64,000 nucleotides of DNA from Octopus vulgaris. Its lineage: Eukaryota. The notes beneath the pieces are model-generated. The model had not been told where the DNA came from. It saw nothing but the letters and a program-made list of their open reading frames with translations, and searched no databases. The stretch covers positions 79,050,001 through 79,114,000 of the forward strand of contig OX597827.1 in the NCBI GenBank assembly GCA_951406725.2. The letters are read 5' to 3'. Every line of letters starts with the position of its first letter. Position 1 is the first letter of the stretch. A program made the translations under genes and the position numbers. This document shows, piece by piece, positions 50,860-64,000 of this stretch.

Positions 50860-51240
50860 ATGAAGGGCAGAATGTATGATCCTGGTGTATGGAGTGAGAT
50901 GCCGTGTAATAGCAAGGCATAGGCCTTGTATGTGGAAGTTTTGCAATGACGATAAAGGAATAAAGCGAACATGCTTCACTGGATGTGTAATGTTAGTGTT
51001 CATGAATGATGGAACAGAGGAACTGAGAGGAATATTGAATATAAGAGAAAACAAAAGCTGTGTGCAAGAGACAAGACCATACTGGTATGGGCAGGTGATG
51101 TGTATGGAAGTGACAGTTGTATAAAGGAGTGCCAAGCAATCAAGGTGAATGGAAGAAGGAGACTTAGGAAACCATGGGATGAAGTGATGAAGACTGATCT
51201 CAAGGAAGGGAACCTCATGAAGATGACAAAATCCCTTAGT
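50860..51240 (+). mobile_element. Old RTE-type LINE C-terminal fragment
   Basis: ELRGILNIR..CVQETRPYWYGQVMCM, followed by a decayed GRRRLRKPWDEVMKTDL. Confidence 0.65.
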
Positions 51241-51281
51241 GTATAGTAACACATGGTGTTACTTCCCCACTGGCACATAGT

Positions 51282-51664
51282 GAGAAGCACTCCGTCGGTT
51301 ACGACGACGAAGGTTCCGGTTGATCCGAATCAACGGAATAGCCTGCTCGTGAAATTAACGTGTAAGTGGCTGAGCACTCCACAGACACGTGTACCCTTAA
51401 CGTAGTTCTCGGGGATATTCAGCGTGACACAGAGAGTGACAAGGCTGGCCCTTTGAAATACAGGTACAACAGAAACAGGAAGTAAGAGTGAGAGAAAGTT
51501 GTGGTGAAAGAGTACAGCAGGGATCACCACCATCCCTGCAGGAGCCTCGTGAAGCTTTAGGTGTTTTCGCTCAATAAACACTCACAACGCCCGGTCTAGG
51601 AATCGAAACCGCGATCCTATGACCACGAGTCCGCTGCCCTAACCACTGGGCCATTGTGCCTCCA
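51282..51664 (-). mobile_element. Young S4-type SINE with a 14-bp TSD
   Basis: CACTGGCACATAGT at 51268-51281 and 51665-51678; CpGs largely retained; A and B boxes on the minus strand. Confidence 0.9.
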
Positions 51665-52625
51665 CACTGGCACATAGTAAAAAGTATTTCAAATGGTGGT
51701 GGTGGTGGTGATAGTGCTTGGGCAGTATCGTGTTTCTCCGTCATGCATCACACACAGGGTTAAATCTTCATCTTCTGTCTTCCTCATCAGCCTCCCTTCC
51801 ATTCATTATATATCAGCTGTGTTTTGAGATATGGCATATGATTTGATTTGTCCATGTTCCATCTCATCTCCATCACCCTTCTACTTCTCTCAGCCATCAT
51901 TCACTCCATCATCATGTCACTCTTCATCTATCATCACCCATCTTTATTGCTACCCCAATAATATTGCTGTTGGTTTTCTATTCAACCTCTTTACCAACAA
52001 CCAGCATGTAGCTATCATTGTCTCCCTCTCTCGTTCCTCCCACCTCTACCATTCTCTCCCTCCTATCACTACTCACATTCTCCCTTCTATTCATCCCTCC
52101 CTCTTCCCCGAACCATTGCCTCTTGACATCATTTCCTCATTCCAAACATGTCTGTCCAGTTTTGCTCACAACGCTTGTGTCAACCTGAAACCATAGTAGA
52201 AGACACTTGCCTTAGATGCCACACACTGGTATTGGACCTGGGTCTTCAGGATTAAAAAAGAAAACTCATATCTCCCAGATATGGCTGCAAATGTACAAAT
52301 GCATGTATACATACACAACATATACACACACAAAAACTTATACCATACTGTCTCATAAGCACACACACACACACACACACATATTGTATACAATACAGAT
52401 ACAAGAATGTACACACAAACACATTGAACACTCACACAGTTTTATACACATATACACACACACACACACACGTTTACACTCACAGGTAAATATTCATACA
52501 TACGCAAAACTGTAAAACTATAAAATTAGCAAGTTTAACTTTACTGCTGTGTTATCAGTGTCACATTTATACATGCATACACATACGTATAGGCACATAC
52601 ACATACAAATATATATACACACATA

Positions 52626-52952
52626 TCATCATCATCATCATCATCATCATCGTTTAACGTCCGTTTTCCATGCTGGCATGGGTTGGCCGGTTCGACTGGG
52701 GTCTGGGAAGCCAGGAGGCTGCACTAGGCCCCAATTTGATCTGGCAGTGTTTCTACAGCTGGATGCCCTTCCTAACACCAACCACTCCGAGAGTGTAGTG
52801 GGTGCTTTTTATGTGCCACTGGCACAGGGGCCAGAGGAACTGGCATCGACCACGATCGGCATGGAAGTCAGTCAAAGTGGCACTGGCATTGGCCACATTC
52901 AGATGGTGCTTTTTATGTGTTACCGGCACAGGGGTCACAATTGCAATTTCCA
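52626..52952 (-). mobile_element. RTE 3' end / S3
   Basis: (CAT)n tail plus S3 block. Confidence 0.85.
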
Positions 52953-53259
52953 TATATATATATAAATAAACACGTTTGCACACTTATATATGTTATGCAC
53001 ACACATAATCTGGCTGCCATTCACTTGCAAGCACAATCCAAGGGGACCTGAGAGTGGGTGCCATGTCTTTGCTAATTGTTTTGGGTGCCCATGTAGTTGT
53101 GGACTGATACAGACCTCTTCTTCAACTCTTTCACCATTGATCAAGAGAAACATGCAAAATGTTGCAGAAAGGGTTAGACTGGCACCGGGCTGGCGACTTA
53201 TTTAGTGACCCCCACCTCAGAGAAAGTTGAACTCAGGGTGCAGAGACCCAGAACAAATG

Positions 53260-53478
53260 TTGGTTTAAACTTTTAGTAGAAGGTCAGCGATTTCAGGGAG
53301 TGAGGTAGTTGATTATAGTGACCCCTGTGCTTAACTGCTACTTATTTTATTGACCCCCACAAAAGGATGAAAGGCAAAGTCAACCTTGGTGGAATTTGAA
53401 CTCAGAACATAAAGATAGATGAAATGCTACTGAGCATTTTGCTCAGCATGCCAACGATTCTGTCAGCTCACTGCCTTA
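53260..53478 (-). mobile_element. SINE family S2
   Basis: Reverse match to the S2 head and core. Confidence 0.8.
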
Positions 53479-53485
53479 GATGATG

Positions 53486-53518
<33 letters not shown>

Positions 53519-53554
53519 GTAATAATAATAATAATAATAATAGTAATAATAATA

Positions 53555-53596
<42 letters not shown>

Positions 53597-54153
53597 GGGA
53601 CTGAGGGAGAAAATGTGTCGATTCTATGGGACTTCCCTATGCACACTGACAGGACTATAAAAGCTAATAAACCAGATATTATTATAAAAGATCAGACAAA
53701 AAGGATGTGTTTATTAATTGACATGAGTATTCCCTGTGATCACAATATAGCAGCGAAAGAATTTGACAAGATTAGTAAATATAAAGACCTGCTAATAGAA
53801 ATTGAAAAAATGTGGCATCTCAAGGCGACTACAGTACCAGTGATTGTAGGATCTCTAGGAATGATAAAAAAAAGGTACTGAAACCTATTTGAAAATGATT
53901 CCAGGCTTACCATCCCTACAGGAAGTGCAAAAAATCGTATTAACTGGAACGGCTCATGTACTGAGAAGAGTGCTATCACTGTGAAAATAACATCCATCCA
54001 TGAATTTATTTATTTATTAATTTTTAAATACATATTTTATCTGTGAATTTGCGTGTGTAATCTGGGAATGCATGCAATGCCCTTCTCTGCCCTAGGTGTA
54101 TGGAAAACACTCGGCGAGTAACAGAAGAAAATTTGAAGAAAGAAGGAAAAAAC

Positions 54154-54155
<2 letters not shown>
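53597..54155 (+). mobile_element. 5'-truncated Dong/R4-clade LINE (RLE domain and 3' UTR), second family
   Basis: ILWDFPMHTDRTIKANKPDIIIKD..LIDMSIP.D..KEFDKISKYKDL..PVIVGSLG; (TAA)n on both sides. Confidence 0.9.
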
Positions 54156-54193
<38 letters not shown>

Positions 54194-54196
54194 TAA

Positions 54197-54708
54197 TCAT
54201 CATCATCATCATCATCATTTAGCGTCCGCTTTCCATGCTAGCATGGGTTGGACGGTTCAACTGGGGTCTGTGAAGCCAGAAGGCTGCATCAGGCCCAGTC
54301 TGATCTGGCAGTGTTTCTACGGCTGGATGCCCTTCCTAATGCCAACCACTCCGTGAGTGTAGTGGGTGCTTTTTATGTGCCACCCGCACAGGTGCCAGAC
54401 GGAGCTGGCAAACGGCCATGGACGGATGGTGCTTTTTACGTGCCACCGGCATGGGGGCCAGGCGAGGCTGGCAACGGCCACGAACGGATGGAGCTTTTAC
54501 GTGCCACCGGCACGGGGGCCAGGCGAGACTGGCAACGGCCACAAACGGATGGTGCTACGTGCCACCGGCACGGGAGCCAGACGGGGCTGGCAACGGCCAT
54601 GAACGGATGGTGCTTTTACGTGCCACTGGCACGGAGGCTAGTGGGGCGGCGCTTGCAACGGCCACGATCGGATGGTTTACATGCCGTTGCCAGCACCGCC
54701 CCGACTGG
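54197..54708 (-). mobile_element. RTE 3' end / S3 with about 5 internal ~60-bp modules
   Basis: Repeated ACGGATGGTGCTTTT(T)ACGTGCCACCGGCACGGG..CTGGCAACGGCCA. Confidence 0.88.
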
Positions 54709-54755
<47 letters not shown>

Positions 54756-54759
54756 CTTT

Positions 54760-54960
54760 TTAACTAAAAGCACAAGACCTGAAATTTGTGGGGAGGGGAC
54801 TAGTTGATGACATCAACCCCAGTGTTTCCCTGGTACTTAATTTATTGACCCCAAAAGGATGAAAGGCAAAGTCAACCTCGGTGGAATTTGAACTCAGAAC
54901 ATAAAGACTGGTGAAATTCCCCAAAGCATTTTACCCAGAATGCTAACAATTCTGCCCCAA
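54760..54960 (-). mobile_element. SINE family S2
   Basis: Reverse match to the S2 core. Confidence 0.8.
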
Positions 54961-55392
54961 TGCATTCTGTCTGACTCTGATTACTCTGCCTTATGCACAC
55001 TCACACCTGTATTTATTCGTTTATCCACTTTCCCTTGCTTGCATGGATTGGACGAACATCTTATTCGAGGCATTGTTTTACAACTGGATGTCCTTCCTGA
55101 GGCTAATCCTCATCTGTTTTACACATAAAAGATCCCTTATTAGACATGGCTTCAAAGTCACAAACTGCCAGGATGACTTTTTGACAAGAGGAACAGCACA
55201 ATAAATGCATGTCACACATTCAGTAAAGCAACGTAAACACTGCAAATGCAGATGTAAGCTCACAAACAAAACACACTCTTATACATGGGTGTGTGTATGT
55301 GTGTGTATGTGTGTGCATGTGTGTGTATGTGTGTGCATGTGTGTGTATGTGTGTATATGTGTTTGTGTGTCCGTGTATATATGTTTGTTCCT

Positions 55393-55684
55393 TCTCGAGC
55401 CATGCCTGGCTCATAAGGGCTGGTTTCCTGGTTTCCTTGGCATATAGGTTCCCCACCTGGACGGGACGCCGTTCTGTCTCAGGTGATCTGCAAGATGCAG
55501 GAGGAAAGAGCGAGAGAAAGTTGTGTCGAGAGAGTCAGCAGAAGTTCGCCATTACCTTCTGCTGGAGCTGCTTGGAGTTTAGGTATTTCGCTCATAAACA
55601 CACACATCACCTGGTCTGAGATTCGAACCTGCAATCCCTCAACTGCGAGTCCGCTGCTCTAACCACTAAGCCATGTCCCTCCAC
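55393..55684 (-). mobile_element. tRNA-derived SINE S5 (V-domain-like block)
   Basis: Minus-strand A box TGGCTTAGTGG, B box GGTTCGAATCT, block GGCGTCCCGTCCAGGTGGGG; related copy at 59637-59860 (plus). Confidence 0.75.
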
Positions 55685-55699
55685 GTGTATATATATATG

Positions 55700-55797
<98 letters not shown>

Positions 55798-55821
55798 TAT
55801 GTGTATGTATATTTATATAAG

Positions 55822-55863
<42 letters not shown>

Positions 55864-56517
55864 TATGTGTATGTATGTTTATATAAGCAAAATCTCAAAA
55901 TGGTCCCTGTCTGTCACGGCAATTTTTTTCACCCCCTTATTTCTTAAACAACCAGTGATGATAAAGTATCTCTTAAACTAGCGTAGATAGGGTAACATTG
56001 AGGAATCAGTCTCCCAAATATACATCAATGTGTTATTTCTTGCAGGAAATAAGTTTGGAATCCAAACAATTGAAGAAATCTGATTGGAAGACAGAGATGG
56101 CTGCTGAGACTAATTGATGGTTGATATGAAATTGCAGATGGAACCCTCCTGTAGGTGTAGACTAATTTGGTTTACAATGCCTAATTCAGGTGTAGTATAA
56201 AGGATAAGAGGTGAAATCTTGAAGATATTCCTAACAATAACAATACTTTTGTTACCATCAAGAAAAAGAATTTATAATATCTTTAAGAAGTTCCTACAGT
56301 TTCTCATTGGGGCAAGGCAAGCATCATACAATCTTTCTCTCAGAATAAAGGGTAGATTGTATGAGGATTGTGTATGAACAGCAGTGGTACATTGTTGTGA
56401 GATGTGGGCCCTGAATGCAGAGGACATACGAAAAAACTAGAAAGACATAAAGCCAACTTGCTCTGTTGGATGTGCAATGTCAGTGTGTATGACAAACTGT
56501 ATGAATGACAAACTGTT

Positions 56518-56855
56518 ATCATCATCATTTAACATCCGCTTTCCATGCTGGCATGGATTGGATGGTTTGACTGGGGTCTGGGAAGCCAGGAAGCTGCACC
56601 AGGCTCCAGTTTGATCTGGAAGAGTTTCTACAGCTGGATGCCCTTCCTAATGCCAACCACTCCAAGAGTGTAGTGGGTGCTTTTTACGTGCCACCGGCAT
56701 AGTGGCCAGTGGGGGCTGGAAATGACCATGATTGGCTGGTGCTTTTTACGTGCCACCGGCATGGAAGCCAGTCAAAGTAGCGCTGGCATTGGCCACATTT
56801 GGATGGTGCTTTTTATGTGCCACCAGCATGGGGATCACAACTACAATTTCCATTT
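56518..56855 (-). mobile_element. RTE 3' end / S3
   Basis: S3 block with two internal modules. Confidence 0.85.
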
Positions 56856-56859
56856 GTGA

Positions 56860-58250
56860 CAAAACTGTGAATGTGTTGAAAGAAAAATCAGGTATAAGAG
56901 GAATGAGACGTAGCATGCAAGAGAGAAGACTGCTCAGGTAGGATGTGTACATGATGTGTATAGATGATGACAGTTGTATAAACAAGTGTCTGTTGCTAAA
57001 ATTGGATGGTACTTATGGCAGAGGGAGACCCTGGAAGACATGGGATGAAGTAGTGCAAGCTGATCCTAAGATGCTGAACCTCACGGAGAAAGCGACAAAG
57101 GACTGAAATGTTTGGTGATTTGCTAAGAAGACCCTTTTCTTCATGGCAAAAGCAAGGTTCTAAAAGCATTATACTTGTACACATAGGACCCTGGCCCTAC
57201 ACCCAATTTCCTTCCAACGAACATTTCTCACAACTCCTCTTCCTAACACTCATCCCTCCATCATTCTTCTTACAGTTGCTGTCATCAGTTGAGAGCAGAA
57301 TCAGCACACACCTCACCCCCAAGTTGCTTCCTCCCCCACTTCCTGGAACCACTTCCTTTTAATGTCCATCCGCCATTCTAATCATCCTCCCTTCCCACAC
57401 TGTTTCCCTCCAATCACACCCTTTCTCTGCCTTCACTTATCTCTCCCTCTCCTCTTAGCTACATCTTACCTCATCTTTAACACCTCCAATAATATCTCCT
57501 ATCATTTCAACACACTCTTGTATCCACCCTTAATGACCCCCAATCTTTCCCCTTCTCACTACCAGCATATTTAAGTTCTACTAACCTTCATCTCTCTCCA
57601 GCCTCACGCCCCCCCCCCCCGCCCGCACATCTTTGACTTCCTCTCTGGTTTGTGACACACCTGCCTTCGCCCTTCCTGTCCAGTAGCTTGTTTCTTTCCC
57701 CTTCCTGGGCCACTTCAAACCCTTTCACCTTCACCCCCTCCTTACTGATATTTACCATCAACCATATTCCCACCCATGTTCCTCATTCACTACATTCACC
57801 TCTGGCTCCATCTCTTACCACCTGTCATCCTCCTCCCATACCTTGATTAACTACCCCCCCCCTATTTATACTTTATCCATATACTCTCTTCTATTCACCT
57901 TCCTCTGCCTTGAGAACACCTCATCCTCACCATCTTTATCTCCTCTATAGCAAAACACATGTGCTTGTCCCATCATCCTGATTTAGACTTTTAATGCCTG
58001 GCAGAAAGTCCCTGCCCTCTCTCAAAAATGCTCTCACTCAATTGAGGGGTCTTTTTTGTTGTCTTGCAAGTAATTTGGTTACCTCACTGGTGCCAGTGGC
58101 ATGAAAAAAGCACCCAGCATATACTGTAAAGTGGTTGGTGTTAGGAAGGGCATCCAGCTGTAGGAGCCAGAGCAAAACTGACGTTGTGGCCTGACGCAGC
58201 TCTGTGGCTCATTGGATCCTGTTGAACCATACAACTTGTGCCATCAAGGA
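56860..58250 (+). mobile_element. Old RTE-type LINE 3' part with a long pyrimidine-rich UTR ending in the S3 block
   Basis: GIRGMRRSMQERRLLR..GRGRPWKTWDEVVQAD, then a C/T-rich tract (similar segment at 24575-24960), then GTTAGGAAGGGCATCCAGCTGTAG. Confidence 0.6.
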
Positions 58251-58735
58251 ACACACGATCATAATCACACACACTCACACACACAGACAACATGTGTAAA
58301 CGCATACATACTACACATTTTGCAATCACTGGACAAGATACGTGTCCTCATTCTGCTATTGCTACCACTACTACTGAGGCCACTGCTTCTTTCCACTCAC
58401 AACTCCCCGACCCTTTTTATCTCTTTCATTCAACTCCAGTATTGTGTCTCTTGCACTGGTTGCTCTGTAATACCATGTGGTTGATATAGAGGAAAGGGAA
58501 CAGCAATGATGGTATTGTTGGTATGAATGCTTTTGATGTTGTTGTTATGGCTGGTATAGATGGTAGGGATGGTAGGGTATAAGTTCCTGGAGATTTGGCT
58601 GCTATTTCTAGCATGTTGAGAGACCTTGTAGAAGTTCCCCCATTGATTTGGTGAACTTATTGATTTTGATGGTGATTGAATTTTGTCAATTATTTAAATG
58701 ATCTCCTGTTATATTTGTTGCAGGATGGTAATTAG

Positions 58736-58736
58736 T

Positions 58737-58822
<86 letters not shown>
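58736..58822. repeat. (CAG)n microsatellite
   Basis: Directly visible. Confidence 0.97.
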
Positions 58823-58823
<1 letters not shown>

Positions 58824-58967
58824 CTTTCCCAATAGCTATGTGTAGTTCTCAATTTCGGGTCTTATTATTTAAACTCTGCAGATTTGTAGAGATCAGGGTT
58901 TGCAGTCTTGTTGCAATCACTGCTGCCACCAGAGTGAGGTACATGTGTGTTTTGTAGGCCATTCTAA

Positions 58968-59260
58968 AGACACATGACTTAATGGCTAAGGTATTTGGCT
59001 TATGAGCATAAGGTCATGAGTTCAATTCCTGGCAGTGCACTGTGTCCTTGATCAAGACACTTTATTTCACTTTGCTCCAGTCCACTCAGCCGGCAAAAAT
59101 GAGTGGCTAGCTTTGTCACATTCATACTGAGTCTTCCTGAGAACTATGTTAAGGGTACACATGTCTGTGGAGTGCTCAGCCACTTGCATGGTAATTCCAT
59201 GAGCTGGCTGTTCTGTTGATTGGATCAACTGGAACCCTCATTGTTGCAACCAATATTGAG
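58968..59260 (+). mobile_element. SINE family S4
   Basis: tRNA-like head, CORE-like block and S4 body. Confidence 0.82.
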
Positions 59261-59636
59261 CCAGGCTGGCCATTAGTGGAGAGCTATGTGAGAACTTATT
59301 AATTTCACACAGTTATGGACACCTCATCATCTCAATATCTTTATATATCAGACAGCCAGGAAATATCTCTATTGACCATTGACCGGCTCTGTATATGGAT
59401 AAGATGTTCCTCTAGTAACTTTGTTCATGCTGTACTGGATCAAGATTGGTGGAGTGAGTGAGTCCAGCAATTCTGAGCTGCCAGTTTGACCAGATGAGAT
59501 GAGAGGAGATAAGGTATTTCTGGACTCTGAAACAAAATTCTCTCATTGTTATATGTGTGTAAAGTTATCATTTGAAATTGGGAAGACAAACATTTGTTGT
59601 GACTTTCAGAGTTTTAGTTGTGTGTTATTAATGATT

Positions 59637-59860
59637 GTGGAGGCATGTAGTTTATTGGTGAGGGTGTTACCTTCATGACTGTAAAATTGTGGTTTCAATT
59701 CCTGGACTGGGTGATGCATTGTGTTCTTGGGCAAAACACTTCATTTCACATTGCTCCAGTCCCCAGAGCTGGTAAAAATGAATAACTCTGCAATGGATTG
59801 GTGTCCCATCCAGGTGGGGAATCTGGGAAACCAGACTCATGAATCTATGGTTTGGGAAGA
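59637..59860 (+). mobile_element. tRNA/CORE-like SINE with V-domain-like block (S5-related)
   Basis: CTGCAATGGATTGGTGTCCCATCCAGGTGGGG follows the CORE-like block. Confidence 0.7.
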
Positions 59861-60423
59861 ACATGTGACCCTTTTGTTTTTGCTATTAATGACCTGATAG
59901 TGTGTGCCTGTCCACATCTGTATGGAACCTGGATTCACAGATATTGGTATAGCTGTGGGAGTCAAGATGCTTACTTTGGAAGCATGTGATTGAGAGTTCA
60001 TTCCCATTGTGTGCACGCTGTCAGGTGTGTCTACGAATAAAGCTGCAAGTCGACTGATGTAAGTGAAATTTGGTTGACGAAAACTGGATGATGCATGCAC
60101 GTGTGTGTGTGTGTGTGTGCGCACGCATGCATGTGCGTGCATGTGTGCATGTGTGTGAGTGTTTATTTCTTTTGTCTCCACATGTGCATGCTGTTTGTAA
60201 ACAAAACACCACCATTCATACAATTAATGCAAAAGGTGTTGTTTGTTTACAATCCTTTACTGAAAATATGGGCAGGTTGTTAGGTGTTCGTTAGTCTAGG
60301 AAAGACATTACCTGGCAAAATAGGTGAGAGTTGGTGACAGGAAGAGCATCCAACTGCAGAAAATTTTGCTTCAACAAAGTGATTGTCACCCATGCAAGTA
60401 TGGAAAAGTGGATGTTAAGACAG

Positions 60424-60501
<78 letters not shown>

Positions 60502-61072
60502 CAGTAATGTTGACAATGATAAAATTGACAGCAGCAATGACAATGATGATGACTGATGATGAAAATGACTACCACAAGGAGTGTTGGGGGTGGGGCATTG
60601 TTCATTTGGCAGGTGTACTGATTCAGTTTTACTGCTGCTGGAAGGGACAAAAGTGTCATGTCCCCCCCTTGTCAAGATCCCTCTCTGTTTTGGGATTCAG
60701 TGTGTGTTTGGGGTGAAATATTTAAATGGTAAAAGATGAAGAACTGTGGCATTAAGTGCATAGGTGTTTGTTTTCTGAGAAGTAACCAGAGCATGCGAAA
60801 GAAGAGCCTGAGAGACAGAACCGACGCTTGAGGTGGACCACAATTTCTAGAAGGTACTGAGCACCTGTTGTAATATTGCAATTCAAAAAAAATGAGAGAT
60901 GGATGGAAACAATTGGTGGGGAACTCAGGCCATTTTTATAACAGGAACAGGTGGACACTTTACTGGGACCAAATGCAGTGACATTGCTTTGAATGAAAGT
61001 TTTGAGGGCTGTGGGACAATTGGGAAATAAAAAGAAAATTTCTGGTAAACCTGGTGCTATAGAAGCCATGTT

Positions 61073-61167
<95 letters not shown>

Positions 61168-61310
61168 ATAGGGATGATTGCTGGAGATTTTGGAAATAAG
61201 AGTAATAGGTTGGTAGTGGCAAGGTTGGAGAGGCTGCCATTTTTGGTGGGGAATGGGACAAACTGCAATGTATTCCCAAAGGTTGGCATAGAGACCCAGA
61301 GAAAGAGAGA

Positions 61311-61383
<73 letters not shown>

Positions 61384-61782
61384 GTTTGCTCAAAGAAAGG
61401 ACCTTGGCTGTGAAGCATACTGTTTGGATTGGAATGACCAGATGAGATTTTGTATCTTATAATGAAAGTGTATATATATATATATGTGTTGTTGTTGTTG
61501 TTGTATAGCCCCAGGTCAGATCTGACTGAGGTGATCCATATCACTCAGGCAGTCAACCATATACACAGATGTAATCTCCAGATCTGTTGCTCCAGATGGG
61601 CCATGTCTCTGTCTATCTGAAGACAACACTATACACTCTGACATGCAGCAGTGAACTGTGTGAGACGTAGTCGAACAGCCTGGACATGTGCTTTTGCCTG
61701 CCAAGTTTAGCCTAGATCAGTTCTGATCGAACAGATATGGAGCTAAACCTGGAATCAAAGGCATTCCAACCCTTTTTTTACA

Positions 61783-62175
61783 GGTGACATGGAGCAAAGA
61801 ATCAAGGCATTTGAACACAAGTGCTTCAGAAGGCTTTTACATGTCCTGTACATGGAGCACAAAACAGCTCTGTGAGGCAGCAAATCAACAAATACACTGG
61901 CAGACACACCTTGCACAGGTAAAAAGATGAAAGCTTGCCAGGAAGGGTTATGTATCCTGCCACATCTCTGTCTTCAGAATCATTCTTCAGGACGAAAGAG
62001 AGGCAGACAGAGAAAATCATGGATTGACGACATCAAGGACTGGACAGGTAACAACACGGAGAACCTGTTACGCATGACAGAGAACAGAAACCATTGACAA
62101 CAGCTGATAATGAGAGAGCCTTGAGTGGCACCCCAACCACTGGCTGAATTAGTTAAGGGACCTTGATGAAGATGA
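61783..62175 (+). mobile_element. Old RTE-type LINE 3' end, a different family
   Basis: RIKAFEHKCFRRLLHVLYMEHK and RGRQRKSWIDDIKDWTG, short UTR and (GAT)-like tail. Confidence 0.75.
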
Positions 62176-62577
62176 AGGTGTGAAATGATGGTGATTTGGC
62201 TGATATTCTACAGGTGTATCAAGTAGTCGAGAGACCATGAAGATGTTGCTTTGAATACCTGTGCTTTCAGGTAGGAGCCCACAATCAAGACAGAATGCAG
62301 CATTTGCTGTTGGTGTTGTTGTGGCTGTTAAGGTTTCATCCAGTTGTGGCCATCCCATCTATTTTCAGAAAATATATAAAACGACATTATTCAATGTGTC
62401 CTTCATTTTATCAGATGGTAGGATGTGAATAGAAGTAGATTTAGCTTTTATTTCTAGCTGGTCGAGTGACTACTGATGTTGTTGTTATTGGTGTTAATAG
62501 TAGTCATCACTGCTCAAGCAGACCTATTATGATCAAAGGTTTTCCAGATGTGACCACTCCATTTTTTTGAAGAGGTA

Positions 62578-62946
62578 TTCTTTTATTCTTTTCTTGTTTC
62601 AGTCATTTGACTGCAGCCATGCTGGAGCACCACCTTTAGTTGAACAAATTGACCCCAGGACTTATTCTTTGTAAGCCTAGTACTTATTCTATCAGCCTCT
62701 TTTGCTGTACTACTAAGTTATGAGGATGTAAACACACCAACATCAGTTGTCAAGCAATGGTGGAGGGACAAACACAAACACACACAAACATATACACACA
62801 TATATATATACAATGAGCTTCTTTCAGTTTCTTTCTACCAAATCCACTCACAAGGATTTGGTCGGCCCGAGGCTATAGTAGAAGACATTGCCCAAGGTGC
62901 CATGCGATAGAACTGAACCCAGAACCACACAGCCATGCCTGCGCCT
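62578..62946 (-). mobile_element. SINE family S1
   Basis: Reverse match from tail to head with a small internal deletion. Confidence 0.87.
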
Positions 62947-63405
62947 ATACAGAACTTATTTATAGGTATATAAAACTTATGTGTGTCCTTCTATTTTCTA
63001 AGATGATGGAGTATGATTTGATAGAGATTTGGCTGCTATTTCTAGGAGGTCGTTGGTTTTGATGGCATTGTTGTTGTTATTGAAATACAACGTAACCGAT
63101 ATTGTATAATCTAATGTGGTCTTCTTTAAGAGTATTGCACGGACAAGAAGAGATTTGGCTGCTATTTCTAACAGGTCAAGCATCTTCTGCATCAAGTTCT
63201 CCTCATTATGTAGTCTTACCTCTCTCCCAACCATTCTTAGATCCCTCTTTTAGACTTTCTCCCTCTCTCTTTCTATCCATCTCTCTCCTCCTCTTTTCCT
63301 CTCTCTCGCTCTCTCTTTCTATGCTTGTGCACATACATGTGTGAATATGCATATATATATATATACGCATATATACATTTATATATCTATCTATCTATCT
63401 ATCTA

Positions 63406-63450
<45 letters not shown>

Positions 63451-63496
63451 ATATAAAATGAATAATATTGTTTTCTTCTTAATCCTCCTCATCGCT

Positions 63497-63530
<34 letters not shown>

Positions 63531-64000
63531 ACAAGACAACTACAACAACAGAAACAACAATAACATCATTACATTCAATGCCACAACCTACCGTTTGCAC
63601 AACCCCCCCTCGCCTGTCCCTCCGTGCCCCCCACCCCACCATCATCACACACACACATACACCCACAACAACAATGCCAAGAACACCTCCTACAGCATCA
63701 CCACCTCGACAATAACAGCAACCACCACCACCACCACCACCACCACCACCACCATCGCCGCCACCACCGCCACCACCACCGCCACCATCGCTTCCCTATC
63801 AACAACAACAACGTAACACAGACCCCTTGCAAACAGTAATTCTCCATCTGTTACTGGAGCCTGCACCCTTACCAGTGATACCCCACTGCAAAGCCACCAC
63901 CCATACCACCTTTCGAATCTGGCCATTAGGATGCTGAATGCATTGCCGATTGTATCTCTGCATGTGTACAGGTGTGTCAGTGTGTGTGCGTGCGTGTGCA

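Noticed and set aside
58736-58822. Poly-Q coding exon
   Set aside because: No flanking ORF of 60 aa or more in the track; treated as a plain (CAG)n.

Overview
Repeat-saturated, AT-rich eukaryotic non-coding DNA. The SINE/LINE families and microsatellite load suggest an octopus or other coleoid genome (inference from pattern recognition, no database search). No intact host protein-coding gene is supported, and nearly all ORFs in the track are microsatellite artefacts. Recognisable content: 5'-truncated Dong/R4-type (RLE) LINEs in (TAA)n tracts, many RTE-type LINE 3' ends with variable internal tandem repeats (one expanded to about 39 copies of a 65-bp unit), several tRNA-derived SINE families, two maT-like Tc1/mariner remnants, a MULE, a Helitron and MITEs. 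The most notable signal is a set of minimal type-I hammerhead ribozyme motifs of the Penelope-like element (PLE) kind in at least five unrelated short repeat families. One family is a tRNA-headed SINE carrying the hammerhead. At 30579-31105 it forms a head-to-head inverted dimer bounded by a single 12-bp direct repeat (candidate TSD), which suggests a Pol III-transcribed, ribozyme-bearing, possibly Penelope-mobilised SINE. Repeat boundaries are approximate, read by eye.
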